From: Nanobdellati archaeon
GTDB lineage: Archaea > EX4484-52 > WAPT01
Length of the DNA stretch: 57,319 bases
Direction of reading: 5' to 3'
NCBI GenBank assembly: GCA_027038505.1
Contig: JALVWC010000008.1
Coordinates: forward strand, 1 to 57,319
Shown: piece after piece, positions 46,169 through 56,391 of the stretch
Position numbering within the stretch: position 1 is the stretch's first letter
Layout of the letters: each line of letters begins with the position of its first letter
Notes under the pieces: generated by a model
What the model was told of the DNA's origin: nothing
What the model saw: only the letters and a program-made list of their open reading frames with translations
Databases searched by the model: none
Program-made: the position numbers and the translations under genes

Positions 46169-46798
46169 CCATATATTATCGTTGCTCTCCCACACTCTAA
46201 AGCTGGTCATGCCTGCAATTTTGGCGAGACGTACCAGCTCCTCTTTGCAGAAGATATGATAGTATATTTCCGCCTTACCCCCCCAGCATATTACCGCATC
46301 CCTCACGTTCTGTGGCACTTTCCGCAGTTTCTTTGCGCTCCTGCTCCAGACGGATACCAAAAGTTTGCCTCCCGGCTTGAGAACCCTGAAAATTTCCTTG
46401 ATTGTATTTATCCTGCTTTCATCATCCGGAATATGGTGAAGTACCGCTATGCAGAGCACGAGATCAAACACACCTTCCCCGAACGGGAGGCCAATAACAT
46501 CCCCCAAACAGAAGGAGCATAAGGAACTGTAAGGTTTGGTGTTAATTTTTGCAAGTTTTATCAAATTCCTCGAAATATCTATGCCAACACACCTCACACC
46601 CATTCGAGAGGCGATTGCCATGTGTCTCCCGTTGCCACAACCTGCATCGAGAAGCAGAGCACCCCCCTTACCGTTCCTCTTCAGAAACTCCTCAACTTCC
46701 CGCCATGCGCGGGATCTTGTTCTGCTGAACTCCTCCGCTACGGATTCGTACGCTTCTTTAACATGTAGTCTGAAGATTTTTTCAGGACATTTAACCAT
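46136..46798 (-). CDS. Class I SAM-dependent methyltransferase (Trm9-like pattern)
   Basis: FSRTRSRAW, LLDAGCGNGRH, CIAVLHHIP, LKPGGKLLVSVW. Confidence 0.75.
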   Translation of the reverse strand: MVKCPEKIFRLHVKEAYESVAEEFSRTRSRAWREVEEFLKRNGKGGALLLDAGCGNGRHMAIASRMGVRCVGIDISRNLIKLAKINTKPYSSLCSFCLGDVIGLPFGEGVFDLVLCIAVLHHIPDDESRINTIKEIFRVLKPGGKLLVSVWSRSAKKLRKVPQNVRDAVICWGGKAEIYYHIFCKEELVRLAKIAGMTSFRVWESNDNIWLEAEKDGQES

Positions 46799-46852
46799 GC
46801 ATTTAAATTTTTCGACCCCAAATTAAAAGCTTAGTATGCCCCGGGTGAGTTT

Positions 46853-47344
46853 ATGGAAGAGGGTGAATGTGAACTCTGCGGAAGGTTCGGCAAGCTCGTT
46901 GAGGTCGAAATTGAGGGCAGTACTCTTCTTGTGTGTGAAAAATGTGCTGCCTTTGGTGATAGGCCCTCACCAAAGAAGGTAACAAGAACAAGAGGTGAGC
47001 GGGTTCCTTCTTCTGGGGATGAAGTGACAAGTGAGGATCTGGTTGAAAATTACGGCCGGCTGATAAAGAAAGCGAGAGAATCCGGAGGTATGACACAGGA
47101 GGAGCTTGCGGCAAAGCTGATGATAAAAACAACTCTTCTTTCCAAGATAGAGAGGGAAGAAATAACTCCTGATATCAGGCTTGCAAGGAAAATAGAGAAA
47201 GTTCTTAACATAAAGCTCCTGGAAAAGCTTCAACCCGCTGAAGCTACTACGGAGGACAAAGATGAAGAGGGAAGGAAAAAGGAGAGTGGTTATGGAATAA
47301 CCCTCGGAGATCTCATAAAACTCAAAAAGATGGAAAAGGAATAA
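46853..47344 (+). CDS. mbf1: Archaeal multiprotein-bridging factor 1 (zinc ribbon plus Cro/C1 HTH)
   Basis: CELCG..CEKC ribbon and GMTQEELAAKLMIKTTLLSKIERE HTH. Confidence 0.85.
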   Translation: MEEGECELCGRFGKLVEVEIEGSTLLVCEKCAAFGDRPSPKKVTRTRGERVPSSGDEVTSEDLVENYGRLIKKARESGGMTQEELAAKLMIKTTLLSKIEREEITPDIRLARKIEKVLNIKLLEKLQPAEATTEDKDEEGRKKESGYGITLGDLIKLKKMEKE

Positions 47345-47513
47345 CCGTTCCTCTCCCGGCAAAGCCTCAGCAACCGTTTAACTCACAGTAACGGCACGCT
47401 CTCGTGGCGAAAAATCAACGGGTTGTTTTCTTCCCTTCGCTCTTTTGAACTTCCATACTGCTAATACAGGGACTTGATACTGGTTTGCTTTTCATCCTGC
47501 TGAAACCGCACGA

Positions 47514-47807
47514 TCATTCCAGCTCTATCCGTATTCCTCTGTACTTCCGTGAAACGAAGTTGTAAATTACAGCGACGATGTATGCAACCACGAACCCTAT
47601 CGCAAAGTAAAGCAAGGGCAGCGTCCATACAACTGCTTTTTTACCGAACGTTTTGGCTGTGAGCTGAACGTAGGGAATGGTGTAAAGTACACCTTCCATC
47701 CCCGCGAACAACAGAATCGCCGCTATTAGCGCGAGCAGACCAAGGATTATTCCCGTAACGATTGCCATACTGAATGGCTCAACGCTTTTTATTTCCCGAT
47801 AAACCAT
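47514..47807 (-). CDS. Small membrane protein (3 TM)
   Basis: 97 aa, three hydrophobic helices. Confidence 0.5.
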   Translation of the reverse strand: MVYREIKSVEPFSMAIVTGIILGLLALIAAILLFAGMEGVLYTIPYVQLTAKTFGKKAVVWTLPLLYFAIGFVVAYIVAVIYNFVSRKYRGIRIELE

Positions 47808-47863
47808 GTTTTTTATTGATGGAAATGAATAATAATAAATATTTGTCCCGGGTTAGATCGTAT

Positions 47864-48331
47864 ATGGACGTGAGACGTGGTGTGAAGGGTGTTGTGTTCG
47901 ATATTAGGAACGGTGAACCTATCTATCTTCTTCTTCACCGTGTGCTGAACTGGCAGGGATGGGAGTTTCCAAAAGGTGGCGTGGAAGAGGGCGAGGATCA
48001 TATTGAAGCTCTGAAGCGTGAAATAAAGGAGGAGACGGGGCTGGATGTTGATGAAATTGTCGCAGAACTTCCGAAGTCGGAGTGGAAAGCGGAAGACGGG
48101 ACATCTTATTCCTACAGGCAATATCTGGTCAGAGCGGATTCCTCTCAGGCCGTTGTGCTACAGAGAGAGCCGGTGGTTGAGCATGATGCTTACAGGTGGG
48201 TGAAGTATGAGGAAGCCATGGAGCTGCTGACGTGGAAAAACGATAAACAGACTTTAAAAATTGCGCAGGGGATTGTTAAGAAGCTTGCTGAGAAGAGGGG
48301 TAAGAATGGGCTTGAAGGAAAAGAAAGCTGA
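47864..48331 (+). CDS. Nudix hydrolase
   Basis: Nudix box GGVEEGEDHIEALKREIKEETGL. A/T-rich TATA-like block at 47831..47844 lies 26 nt before ATG 47864, suggesting a leaderless start. The track start at 47774 overlaps the divergent gene. Confidence 0.8.
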   Translation: MDVRRGVKGVVFDIRNGEPIYLLLHRVLNWQGWEFPKGGVEEGEDHIEALKREIKEETGLDVDEIVAELPKSEWKAEDGTSYSYRQYLVRADSSQAVVLQREPVVEHDAYRWVKYEEAMELLTWKNDKQTLKIAQGIVKKLAEKRGKNGLEGKES

Positions 48332-49967
48332 TGATGCCATATTCTGGGCGGATTCCATAGCGAGGGAGGTAATCACGAGAACCAAGTTTCGGTACATCGA
48401 CAGAGAGGTGGAACTAAGAGAGCCGCTGATCGTTAAGACCTCGGCATCAGTCTCCGGTGTGCTGCACATCGGAAGGTTGAGCGACACCATAAGAGGAGAG
48501 GTTGTGGTGAGGGCTTTAAAGGATGCAGGCTATGACGCCAGACTGATCTGGGTTGCTGAAGATATGGATCCCTTACGCAAGATTCCCGCCGGCGTTCCGA
48601 AGGAATACGAAGAGTACATAGGTATGCCTGTGAGCGATGTCCCGGATCCGTGGGGTTGTCATGACAGCTATGCCGATCACCACAAGGACGAGTACTTTCG
48701 GGTTCTCGAGGAGTTCGTCGGAGTTGAGATGCCCAAGTATTCCATGAGGAAGGAATACAAAAAGGGCAGTTTCAACCCATACATAAGGAAGTTCCTTGAA
48801 AACATTGAGCTCGTCAGGGAGGTAATGAATAAGTACCGCACCACGCCTTTGCCAGAGGGTTGGAGTCCCTGGGTACCGATATGTGAAAACTGCGGGAAGA
48901 TAATAACCCCCCGCGTTATGGGTATCGAGGACGGTAAGATCCATTATGTCTGCCAGGACTATCAGTTTGAGAAACACGTGGCGAAGGGATGTGGGTATGA
49001 GGGCTATGCAGACCCGTTAAGCGGAAACGGCAAGCTCATGTGGAAGAGCGAGTGGGCCGCGCAGTGGGCAAGGTGGAGGGTGGTTGCTGAGGGAGCCGGC
49101 AAAGAATACCAGGTGCCCACGAGCGCTTTCTGGGTGAACGCGGAGCTTGTGGAAAGGGTGCTCGGTCACCCATCACCGGTACCGATCTTTTACGAGCACA
49201 TAATGATAGACGGTCAGAAGATGTCCGCATCACTCGGCAACGTGATATACCCGAAGGATTGGCTGGAGGTCGCAAGGCCGGAGGTGTTAAGGTATCTCTA
49301 CTGCAAGAAGCTGATGAAGATGAGGAGCTTCTCCTGGAAGATGCTGCCAAATCTCTATGACGAGTTTGATACCGTTGCCAGAATTTATCACAGGATGGAA
49401 AGGGCGGACAACGAAAAGGAGGAGAAGCACCTGAAAAGGCTTTACGAGATGTCCATGGTTCGTGACATTCTTCCTGTTGTGCCCGTGAGCTATGCGCACG
49501 CCGCGATGGTGGCGCAGATTTTCACCACAGATGAGGATATAGTCAACGCTCTCAAAAGAACCGGGCATTATGATGGGGAAAAACATGATTTGATAATGGA
49601 AAGGGTAAAGCATGCCGGTACGTGGGCAAGAAAGTACGCTCCACAAGAGTACAGAATAGAGGTGAAGGAAGAGGTTAACGAGGAGATAAAGAGTATGCTT
49701 GAAGACAGAGAACTTGAGGCGATGCTCGAGCTTGCGGAGAAGCTTGAGAATGTTGCAGAGAAGAAGGACGACATTACAGACAGCGATCTTAAAGAACTGT
49801 TTACGGAAGTCATGAAGAATCACGACCTGACCCCTCAAAAATTCTTTAGAGCGTTCTACCTCTGTCTGCTTGGAAAGGAAAGAGGCCCGAGAGCCACAAC
49901 ACTCATCCTAAGCCTTACGCCCGCAAAAGTGGTAAGAGTTCTGAAAACTCTCAAGAATTTAGCATAA
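48306..49967 (+). CDS. lysS: Lysyl-tRNA synthetase, class I
   Basis: IFWADSIAREV N-terminus, HIGRLSD (HIGH-type) and KMSASLGN (KMSKS-type) motifs. Confidence 0.88.
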   Translation: MGLKEKKADDAIFWADSIAREVITRTKFRYIDREVELREPLIVKTSASVSGVLHIGRLSDTIRGEVVVRALKDAGYDARLIWVAEDMDPLRKIPAGVPKEYEEYIGMPVSDVPDPWGCHDSYADHHKDEYFRVLEEFVGVEMPKYSMRKEYKKGSFNPYIRKFLENIELVREVMNKYRTTPLPEGWSPWVPICENCGKIITPRVMGIEDGKIHYVCQDYQFEKHVAKGCGYEGYADPLSGNGKLMWKSEWAAQWARWRVVAEGAGKEYQVPTSAFWVNAELVERVLGHPSPVPIFYEHIMIDGQKMSASLGNVIYPKDWLEVARPEVLRYLYCKKLMKMRSFSWKMLPNLYDEFDTVARIYHRMERADNEKEEKHLKRLYEMSMVRDILPVVPVSYAHAAMVAQIFTTDEDIVNALKRTGHYDGEKHDLIMERVKHAGTWARKYAPQEYRIEVKEEVNEEIKSMLEDRELEAMLELAEKLENVAEKKDDITDSDLKELFTEVMKNHDLTPQKFFRAFYLCLLGKERGPRATTLILSLTPAKVVRVLKTLKNLA

Positions 49968-49978
49968 ATCCGAAAGTA

Positions 49979-50806
49979 CTATTCGTTTCTTTTTTCTTCC
50001 TTCCTTTTCGTCCTTCTTTTACCGGCAGATTTTATGGCTTTTATCACCTTTTTAAGAACTTCTTTTGGCTCCTTTGACTTCTCAACGAGGGTTCCTGTGA
50101 CCACTATGTCCGCCCCCGCCCTTATCAGCTTTGCAGCCTGTTTCGGCTTCCTGATACCCCCGCCAACGATGATGGGCACGGATACAACGCTTCTGACCCT
50201 CTGAACAAGTTTAGTCGGCACTGGCTCTTCAGCTCCGGATCCGGATTCAAGATACACCAATCTCATTCCAAGATACTGACCGGCAAGAGCGTATGCGGCA
50301 GCTATGTCCGGTTTTTTGCGCGGAATGGGCTTCGCATCTCCTATGAACGAGACAGTCCCGCCCGGTTCAACAATGATGTAAGCCATGGGTATGGGCTCGA
50401 TGCCCAGCTTCATCACTATCGGTGCTCCCAGAGCTTGAGCGCCGCTGATCCAGTACGTGTTTCTGGAGTTGAGCAGACTCATGAACAATATCGCATCTGC
50501 ATGTCTTGTCACGTTATCCACATTTCCCGGAAAGATTATGAGCGGCTTGGATGTTGTTTCCTTTATCACTTTAACAACCTTCTCAGCCGACATTGACCCA
50601 ACTCCGAGAGAACCGCCGACCATGAATGCATCTGTGCCCGCGTTATCCGCTGCCTCCACCACCCCTCTAACGAATTCCGTATCGTCGTACTCCGGGTCGA
50701 GAAGCGTAAAATGCAGTGCTCCGTCCCGCTTAAGAGACTCAAGAATGTATCTCTCCACCTTACCGATTTTGATGATGTCATCAGGATACATCACGTGCAC
50801 CGTCAT
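49979..50806 (-). CDS. Geranylgeranylglyceryl phosphate synthase (PcrB/GGGPS family)
   Basis: FTLLDPE, YLESGSGA, IIVGGGIR. Confidence 0.85.
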   Translation of the reverse strand: MTVHVMYPDDIIKIGKVERYILESLKRDGALHFTLLDPEYDDTEFVRGVVEAADNAGTDAFMVGGSLGVGSMSAEKVVKVIKETTSKPLIIFPGNVDNVTRHADAILFMSLLNSRNTYWISGAQALGAPIVMKLGIEPIPMAYIIVEPGGTVSFIGDAKPIPRKKPDIAAAYALAGQYLGMRLVYLESGSGAEEPVPTKLVQRVRSVVSVPIIVGGGIRKPKQAAKLIRAGADIVVTGTLVEKSKEPKEVLKKVIKAIKSAGKRRTKRKEEKRNE

Positions 50807-51013
50807 GTTTTTTAATCTTAATTTTGGTACGGTTTTGGTTAGCTGGGCTGGTTAAAGCCTGCAAACATATATTTCAGGTATATTAGACGGGAGAGATTAA
50901 ATTTTAAAAATTATCCCATCCAAAAAGTATGAAGCACAACTGACAAAGATCACATCTTAGCTTTTTGTACGGGTGCTTGTGGTCAGACACTCATCCTCTT
51001 GTGGTGGTGAAGT

Positions 51014-51595
51014 ATGGGTTTGAGACCTGCTCGATGTTACAGGGAATGGAAAAGGCCCTACACCAGGGTTGCGATAAGGGTTCCCAAAAAGGCGTACATA
51101 AAGGGTGTTCCGGGTATAAAACTCAGGATATTCGAGATGGGAACAAAAGAAAACAACTATACGGTGGCGGTTCACCTTGTTTCGGAGGACAAGGTCCAGA
51201 TAAGGCATAATGCTCTGGAAGCTGCAAGGGTCATGGCGAACAGTTACATGAGAAAGAACATCGGTGATAAGAATTACTTCCTGAAGATAAGGATTTACCC
51301 TCATCACGTTTTGAGAGAGCACGCCCAGGCTGCTGTTGCGCAGGCGGACAGATACTACCAGGGAATGAGGAGGCCCTTCGGCAAACCGGTCGGCAGAGCA
51401 GCTCAGATAGATGCGGGACAGAAAATAATGACGGTATGGACAACGGAGGAGTTCCTCGAAAAGGCCAAGGTAGCGATGAAGAGAGCGGGGTACAAGCTGC
51501 CATGCACAACGAAGGTAGTTGTCGAATCTTGGAGCGGGCCGATAGACAGGCCGGCCACCGCATCGACTGAAGCGGCAACTCCTGCAAAAGCATGA
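51014..51595 (+). CDS. rpl10e: 50S ribosomal protein L10e (uL16)
   Basis: MGLRPARCYREWKRPYTR; GGTGGTGA SD. Confidence 0.92.
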   Translation: MGLRPARCYREWKRPYTRVAIRVPKKAYIKGVPGIKLRIFEMGTKENNYTVAVHLVSEDKVQIRHNALEAARVMANSYMRKNIGDKNYFLKIRIYPHHVLREHAQAAVAQADRYYQGMRRPFGKPVGRAAQIDAGQKIMTVWTTEEFLEKAKVAMKRAGYKLPCTTKVVVESWSGPIDRPATASTEAATPAKA

Positions 51596-51611
51596 TTCAA
51601 AGCTTTTTCTG

Positions 51612-52406
51612 GTGGTGATGGTCATTAGAAGATACGAGAAATGGCCCGAGAAGGGTGAGCTTGTAATCGTCAGGATAGTTGAGATAAGGCCAAACAGCGC
51701 CATAGTGGAGCTTGAGGAGTATCCCGGTAGAAAAGGTATGATTCACATCTCCGAAATCTCCCCCAAGTGGGTAAAGAACATAAGGGATTTTGTGAGAGAG
51801 GGGGAAAGGTGGGTCGCAAAGATCATTGAGGTGGACAGGGAAAGAAAGCTCATAAATCTCTCAATAAAAAGAGTGAGCTCAGCAGCCCGCAGAGAGAAGC
51901 AGAAGGAGTTTAACAACGAAGTGAGGGCGGAAAAATGGCTCAAAATGATAGCGAAGGATCTCGGAAAGGACGAAAACAAAATTTATGAGGAAATTGGCTT
52001 TCTACTCCAACAGAAGTTTGATCTGATGTACACCGCTTTTGAAATAGCAAAAGAAGAGGGGAAGGATGCACTGATAAAGGAGGGTGTCCCGCCCGAGTGG
52101 GCGGAGAAGATAGAAGAGTTTGCGAAAGAGTACATAAAAGAGAAGGAAGTTGTGATCAGGAGAAAACTCGAGATCCTGAGCAGAGATGGACGCGGCATAA
52201 AGTGGGTGAAAGAAGCCATCCTGAATAACATTAAGGAAGGGATGGAAATAAAATACATATCATCTCCGCATTATTACTTCCGTGTGAAGGGGAGAGATTA
52301 CAAGGCCTGCGAGGCTGTGCTTGAGGAATTTGTGGAGAGGGTGAATGGAAACCTGTCCGAGCATGATGGTTACTGCAGGGTTGTCGGAGAAATAGAAAGT
52401 GATTGA
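51612..52406 (+). CDS. eif2a: Translation initiation factor 2 alpha subunit
   Basis: S1 domain YPEKGELVIVRIVEI..GMIHISEIS, then helical and alpha-beta domains. Confidence 0.9.
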   Translation: MVMVIRRYEKWPEKGELVIVRIVEIRPNSAIVELEEYPGRKGMIHISEISPKWVKNIRDFVREGERWVAKIIEVDRERKLINLSIKRVSSAARREKQKEFNNEVRAEKWLKMIAKDLGKDENKIYEEIGFLLQQKFDLMYTAFEIAKEEGKDALIKEGVPPEWAEKIEEFAKEYIKEKEVVIRRKLEILSRDGRGIKWVKEAILNNIKEGMEIKYISSPHYYFRVKGRDYKACEAVLEEFVERVNGNLSEHDGYCRVVGEIESD

Positions 52407-52451
52407 TGTCCAATTAAAACTCATCAGAGTCTGTCAACCAGAAACCATCCC

Positions 52452-52640
52452 GTGATGTCAATGCCGCACATTTATAAATGTTTGAAATGTAATGAATACA
52501 CGCTTAAGGAAAAGTGTCCGAGGTGCGGAAGCGAGACGGTAAGACCCCTCCCACCGAGGTTTTCACCTGAAGACAGGTACGGTAAGTGGAGGAGGTTAGC
52601 CAAGCTCAGCAGGAATGGATCAACTAAGGATGTGATGTGA
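52452..52640 (+). CDS. nop10: H/ACA RNP protein Nop10
   Basis: [17 protein letters not shown] zinc ribbon and [14 protein letters not shown]. Confidence 0.9.
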   Translation: MMSMPHIYKCLKCNEYTLKEKCPRCGSETVRPLPPRFSPEDRYGKWRRLAKLSRNGSTKDVM

Positions 52641-52641
52641 A

Positions 52642-53496
52642 ATGGCGGAAAATGTTAAGGACGTGTATGAAGGAAGCTTTAAGGAAGGCGGCACATTTAT
52701 AAGATGGATTAAAAAACCAAAGCTCAAAAATCCAGTTTTTATTCAAGGTCTGCCGGGAATAGGTTATGTGGGCCGAAACGCCGCGGGTTACCTCGTTGAT
52801 GAACTTGGTGCCGAGAAGTTCGCGGAAATGTACTCTTACCATTTTCCACATGTGGTTCTGGTTGATCCAAACAAGAAGGGCTTGATAAGGGAACTCAAGC
52901 TCGAGTTCTTCTTCTGGAAGGCAAAGAAAAAGGGGCAAAGAGACCTTGTTATTCTGATCGGGGATGCGCAGAGTATGGATCCCAAAGGACACTACCTCAT
53001 AGCCGAGAAGATAGTTGATGTTATTGAGTCTCTGGGTGTTAAAGAAATTATAACCCTCGGTGGGTTCGGTACGGGTGAGCTTGTTGAGGATGAGCCAAAG
53101 GTTTATGGTGCTACAGTACGCGAGGAAAATATGGCTCCATTCGAGAAGCTCGGAGTGAAATTTAAGGACACAGCCATAGGACAGATAATAGGAGCTGCTG
53201 GTCTTGTGCTCGCGGTTGCAAAGCACAGGAAGATGGGTGGAGTGTGTCTCATGGGCGAGACTTCGGGTATGCTCGTCTCAGATCCAAAGGCGACAGAGGC
53301 TGTGCTCAAGGTGCTTGACGGATATCTGAACCTCGGGCTTGACTTCTCCAAGATAGAGGAAAGGGTCAAAGAGCTTGATAAAATAATGAAGAAGATAGAG
53401 AATCTTCAGGAGCAACTCCTCTCAAGCTTAATGCAGCAACAGACCAGAAGGGGTGAGAAAAAGAGTGAGGAGAAGGATCTTCAGTACATAGGGTGA
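52642..53496 (+). CDS. PAC2-family proteasome assembly chaperone
   Basis: IQGLPGIGYVGRNAAGYLV signature. Sits in the conserved aIF2a-Nop10-PAC2 neighbourhood. Confidence 0.75.
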   Translation: MAENVKDVYEGSFKEGGTFIRWIKKPKLKNPVFIQGLPGIGYVGRNAAGYLVDELGAEKFAEMYSYHFPHVVLVDPNKKGLIRELKLEFFFWKAKKKGQRDLVILIGDAQSMDPKGHYLIAEKIVDVIESLGVKEIITLGGFGTGELVEDEPKVYGATVREENMAPFEKLGVKFKDTAIGQIIGAAGLVLAVAKHRKMGGVCLMGETSGMLVSDPKATEAVLKVLDGYLNLGLDFSKIEERVKELDKIMKKIENLQEQLLSSLMQQQTRRGEKKSEEKDLQYIG

Positions 53497-53672
53497 GAAA
53501 AAACGATAAAAACGGAAACTTGATAAGTTACGATCTGTTCGGATTCACTCAGAGGAATTATATTCCGTTGGGTTGTCTCGCTTCCTTACTCTCTTCAGAC
53601 CCTTGTCGGCATCATACGTCATGCCTACTCACAACGCCTGTATCAATTTCCCCAACCTGAGAGGTGATACAA

Positions 53673-53873
53673 ATGATGGAGAACTACAATAGGTATGAAC
53701 GAGCAAGGATAATTGCTGCAAGGGCCCTGCAGCTCTCGATGGGTGCGCTTCCTTTGATAAAAACGGGAGAGATTGATCCTATAAAAATTGCAAGAATGGA
53801 GTTCGAGAAAGGCGTGTTGCCCATAACCATAATCAACAGAGGAGAGAGAAAAACGCTCGGATGGCTCCTCTGA
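53673..53873 (+). CDS. rpoK: DNA-directed RNA polymerase subunit K (Rpo6)
   Basis: [30 protein letters not shown] 5 nt before ATG 53673. Confidence 0.88.
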   Translation: MMENYNRYERARIIAARALQLSMGALPLIKTGEIDPIKIARMEFEKGVLPITIINRGERKTLGWLL

Positions 53874-53948
53874 TCGCATTCGCGAGGAAAGTTTTAAAAA
53901 AGTATACGATAATCTTAACGATGTTTAAGGCTCATACGGTGAGATTGA

Positions 53949-54602
53949 ATGAGTGAGAAAACTGCTCAGAAGGTTGAGGCACAGCAGACACAGGAAGAAT
54001 TGCTCGTACCTCTCAACACCTATCTTGCTGCAGGCGTTCACATAGGCATGAGATTCAGAGTAAAATACATGACGAAATTCATCTACAAGATACGGCCGAA
54101 CAGGATATGTGTCTTCGATGTGCAGAAGATAGACGAAAGGCTTAGGGTGGCCGCAAAGTTCCTAGCAAATTATGATCCCGCCGACATTCTCGTTGTTGGA
54201 AGAAAACCCAACTCCCACAAGCCTGTGGTCAAGTTTGCCGAAGCGACGGGAGCGAGGGCAATTTATGGTAGGTTTCTGCCGGGTACGCTCACCAACCCCT
54301 ATCAAGAGGTGTATCTCGAACCAAAAGTTGTTTTTATCACAGACATAATGGCTGATAGACAGGCTCTTGATGAAGCGGTGAGGAGCAACATACCAGTTGT
54401 GGCGCTTTGCGACAGCTTTAATCACCCAGCGAACATAGACCTTGTTATACCCTGTAACAACAAGGGAAGAAGGGCTCTTGCGCTCATCTACTGGATACTC
54501 GCAAGGGAATACCTGAAAGCCAAGGGTGCGATCAAAGGGGATGCGGAGTTCAAGTACAGCGTTGATGACTTCATGATGCCGCCACAGACGCAGCAGCGGT
54601 AA
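53949..54602 (+). CDS. rps2: 30S ribosomal protein S2 (uS2)
   Basis: LLAAGVHIG, FLPGTLTNP, PVVALCDS. Confidence 0.92.
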   Translation: MSEKTAQKVEAQQTQEELLVPLNTYLAAGVHIGMRFRVKYMTKFIYKIRPNRICVFDVQKIDERLRVAAKFLANYDPADILVVGRKPNSHKPVVKFAEATGARAIYGRFLPGTLTNPYQEVYLEPKVVFITDIMADRQALDEAVRSNIPVVALCDSFNHPANIDLVIPCNNKGRRALALIYWILAREYLKAKGAIKGDAEFKYSVDDFMMPPQTQQR

Positions 54603-54716
54603 GAACGATTGAAACATTTATTAATTTCTGCGACCGCATCCAGTCCTAACGTCTTCAAAAAGCTGGGACATTATGGGCAGGACATCTGGGTGATTGTTCT
54701 GAAAAGAAACAATGTG

Positions 54717-55214
54717 ATGAAGGCCGAGATCCAGACTCTGCTCTATCTTGTGAGGGATAAGGAAGTGCTACTCATAGAGAAAAAACGCGGGCTCGGCGCA
54801 GGTCTTTATAACGGAGTGGGTGGGAAGGTTGAATCTAACGAGAGTATCCTGGATGCTGCCATAAGGGAGTGTAAGGAGGAGGTTTGTGTTAATCCCTTAA
54901 ACCCCGAATGGATGGCTGTGCTTGAATTCATCAATGAGAAAGCCGACGGATCAAGAGAAGTCATATATGTTCATGTTTTCATGACAAAAGATTGGGAGGG
55001 CACGCCGGTGGAGACGGAAGAAGCACGGCCGGTGTGGGTGAAAATAAACGGGATCCCCTTTGATAAAATGTGGGAGGATGATATTTACTGGCTGCCGCTT
55101 GTTCTTAAGGGTGAGAAAGTTTTTGCGTCCTTTCTTTTCGAGGAGTGGAAACTCAAAGAAGGTAGAGTCTTTCAGCTGAAAGACCTTACCGAGCTGGACG
55201 GACCGACAGATTAA
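54717..55214 (+). CDS. Nudix hydrolase (MutT-like)
   Basis: Nudix box GGKVESNESILDAAIRECKEEVCV. ATG 54717 is preferred over the track start at 54609. Confidence 0.8.
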   Translation: MKAEIQTLLYLVRDKEVLLIEKKRGLGAGLYNGVGGKVESNESILDAAIRECKEEVCVNPLNPEWMAVLEFINEKADGSREVIYVHVFMTKDWEGTPVETEEARPVWVKINGIPFDKMWEDDIYWLPLVLKGEKVFASFLFEEWKLKEGRVFQLKDLTELDGPTD

Positions 55215-55240
55215 ATAATTTTGGGCTTAATTCCTTAGTT

Positions 55241-55729
55241 ATGTTTACGGAAAGTGTTCTCTCCGCTCTTTCAAACAATTTCTGGGTCACGGTTGCTCTT
55301 CTTGCTGCCCTGCCGGTAAGCGAGAACAGAGGTGCAATAATCTATGCTCTTGCTCATGGCGGGAACACCTTGCTTGCTTATTCGCTTGCTACGGCCATCA
55401 ACATAGCATGTGTTGTAACCGCTTATTATCTGATCGAGCGCTCCTTTGTGGGCAGGATAGCACACGCTCTCTTCCACAGACATATTGAAAAGAAACTCGC
55501 TGGAAACAGAGAAAAGCTGGAAAAATATGAAGAGGTTGCGCTGTTGCTGTTCGTTGCCGTACCAATGGCCGGAACCGGAGGCTACACAGGCCTGCTGATA
55601 GCATCTTTTCTGGGAATGAACTTCAGAAAGAGCAGCATCATAATATCGCTGGGGATTATGATGGCAGGAATGATAACGCTTCTCACGGGATATGGTGTGG
55701 CGGAGCTGCTTAAAAATGTAGCTCTGTAA
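55241..55729 (+). CDS. Small multidrug-export-like membrane protein (COG2426 pattern)
   Basis: LPVSENRGAIIYAL and VAVPMAGTGGYTGLLIASFLGM. Confidence 0.55.
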   Translation: MFTESVLSALSNNFWVTVALLAALPVSENRGAIIYALAHGGNTLLAYSLATAINIACVVTAYYLIERSFVGRIAHALFHRHIEKKLAGNREKLEKYEEVALLLFVAVPMAGTGGYTGLLIASFLGMNFRKSSIIISLGIMMAGMITLLTGYGVAELLKNVAL

Positions 55730-55766
55730 TGCTCTGAGAAGGGGGTGTGGATCTTCCGAGCGTCTC

Positions 55767-56357
55767 GTGACGGTGAGATTCGCTATGGACATAGAGGGGA
55801 TAATCTCGAGGCTTATAGCTGCTGGTGCTGACCTAAGCACGAGGATGGCGGTTAAGAAAGCTCTGAGAGGCATTGTGGAGGATGATGATGCTCTCGACAT
55901 GATTTACATAGCTGTCAAAAATCGTGCCTACAGGGAGAAATTTTCCAGAATGCCCGTGGAAAAAAGAGCTCTTTTTCTGCCAGCATGCCTCAGAAATTCA
56001 AAAACTTGTAGAGCAGAGCTTAATACCGATACCGGTTATGTATGTAAGAGGTGCGGTGCGTGCGTCATCAAGGAAATCATAGAGGGTGCTAAGAGTCTGG
56101 GCTACAGACACATTTATATTGTGCCGGGAGGGAGCATGGTCATAAAAATAATAAAAAGAGGTGTTGAATCCCGCAGCATACTCGCAGCGGTGGGTGTCGC
56201 GTGCGTTCCGGAGCTTGTGGAAGCTGCGGAAAAACTCAGTCTTATCGGCATACCTATCCAGGCGGTTCCGCTCTTAAAAGCGGGTTGTGTTGACACAATT
56301 GTTGATAAAGATGAGGTACTTTCCATCCTCAGGCTCGGGCTTAAGGGAAGAAAATGA
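55767..56357 (+). CDS. DUF116-like cysteine-motif protein
   Basis: CLRNSKTC..CKRCGAC followed by IVPGGSMV. Confidence 0.45.
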   Translation: MTVRFAMDIEGIISRLIAAGADLSTRMAVKKALRGIVEDDDALDMIYIAVKNRAYREKFSRMPVEKRALFLPACLRNSKTCRAELNTDTGYVCKRCGACVIKEIIEGAKSLGYRHIYIVPGGSMVIKIIKRGVESRSILAAVGVACVPELVEAAEKLSLIGIPIQAVPLLKAGCVDTIVDKDEVLSILRLGLKGRK

Positions 56358-56391
56358 TCTGCTTGATTGCTTTATACTTGGGATGGTTATT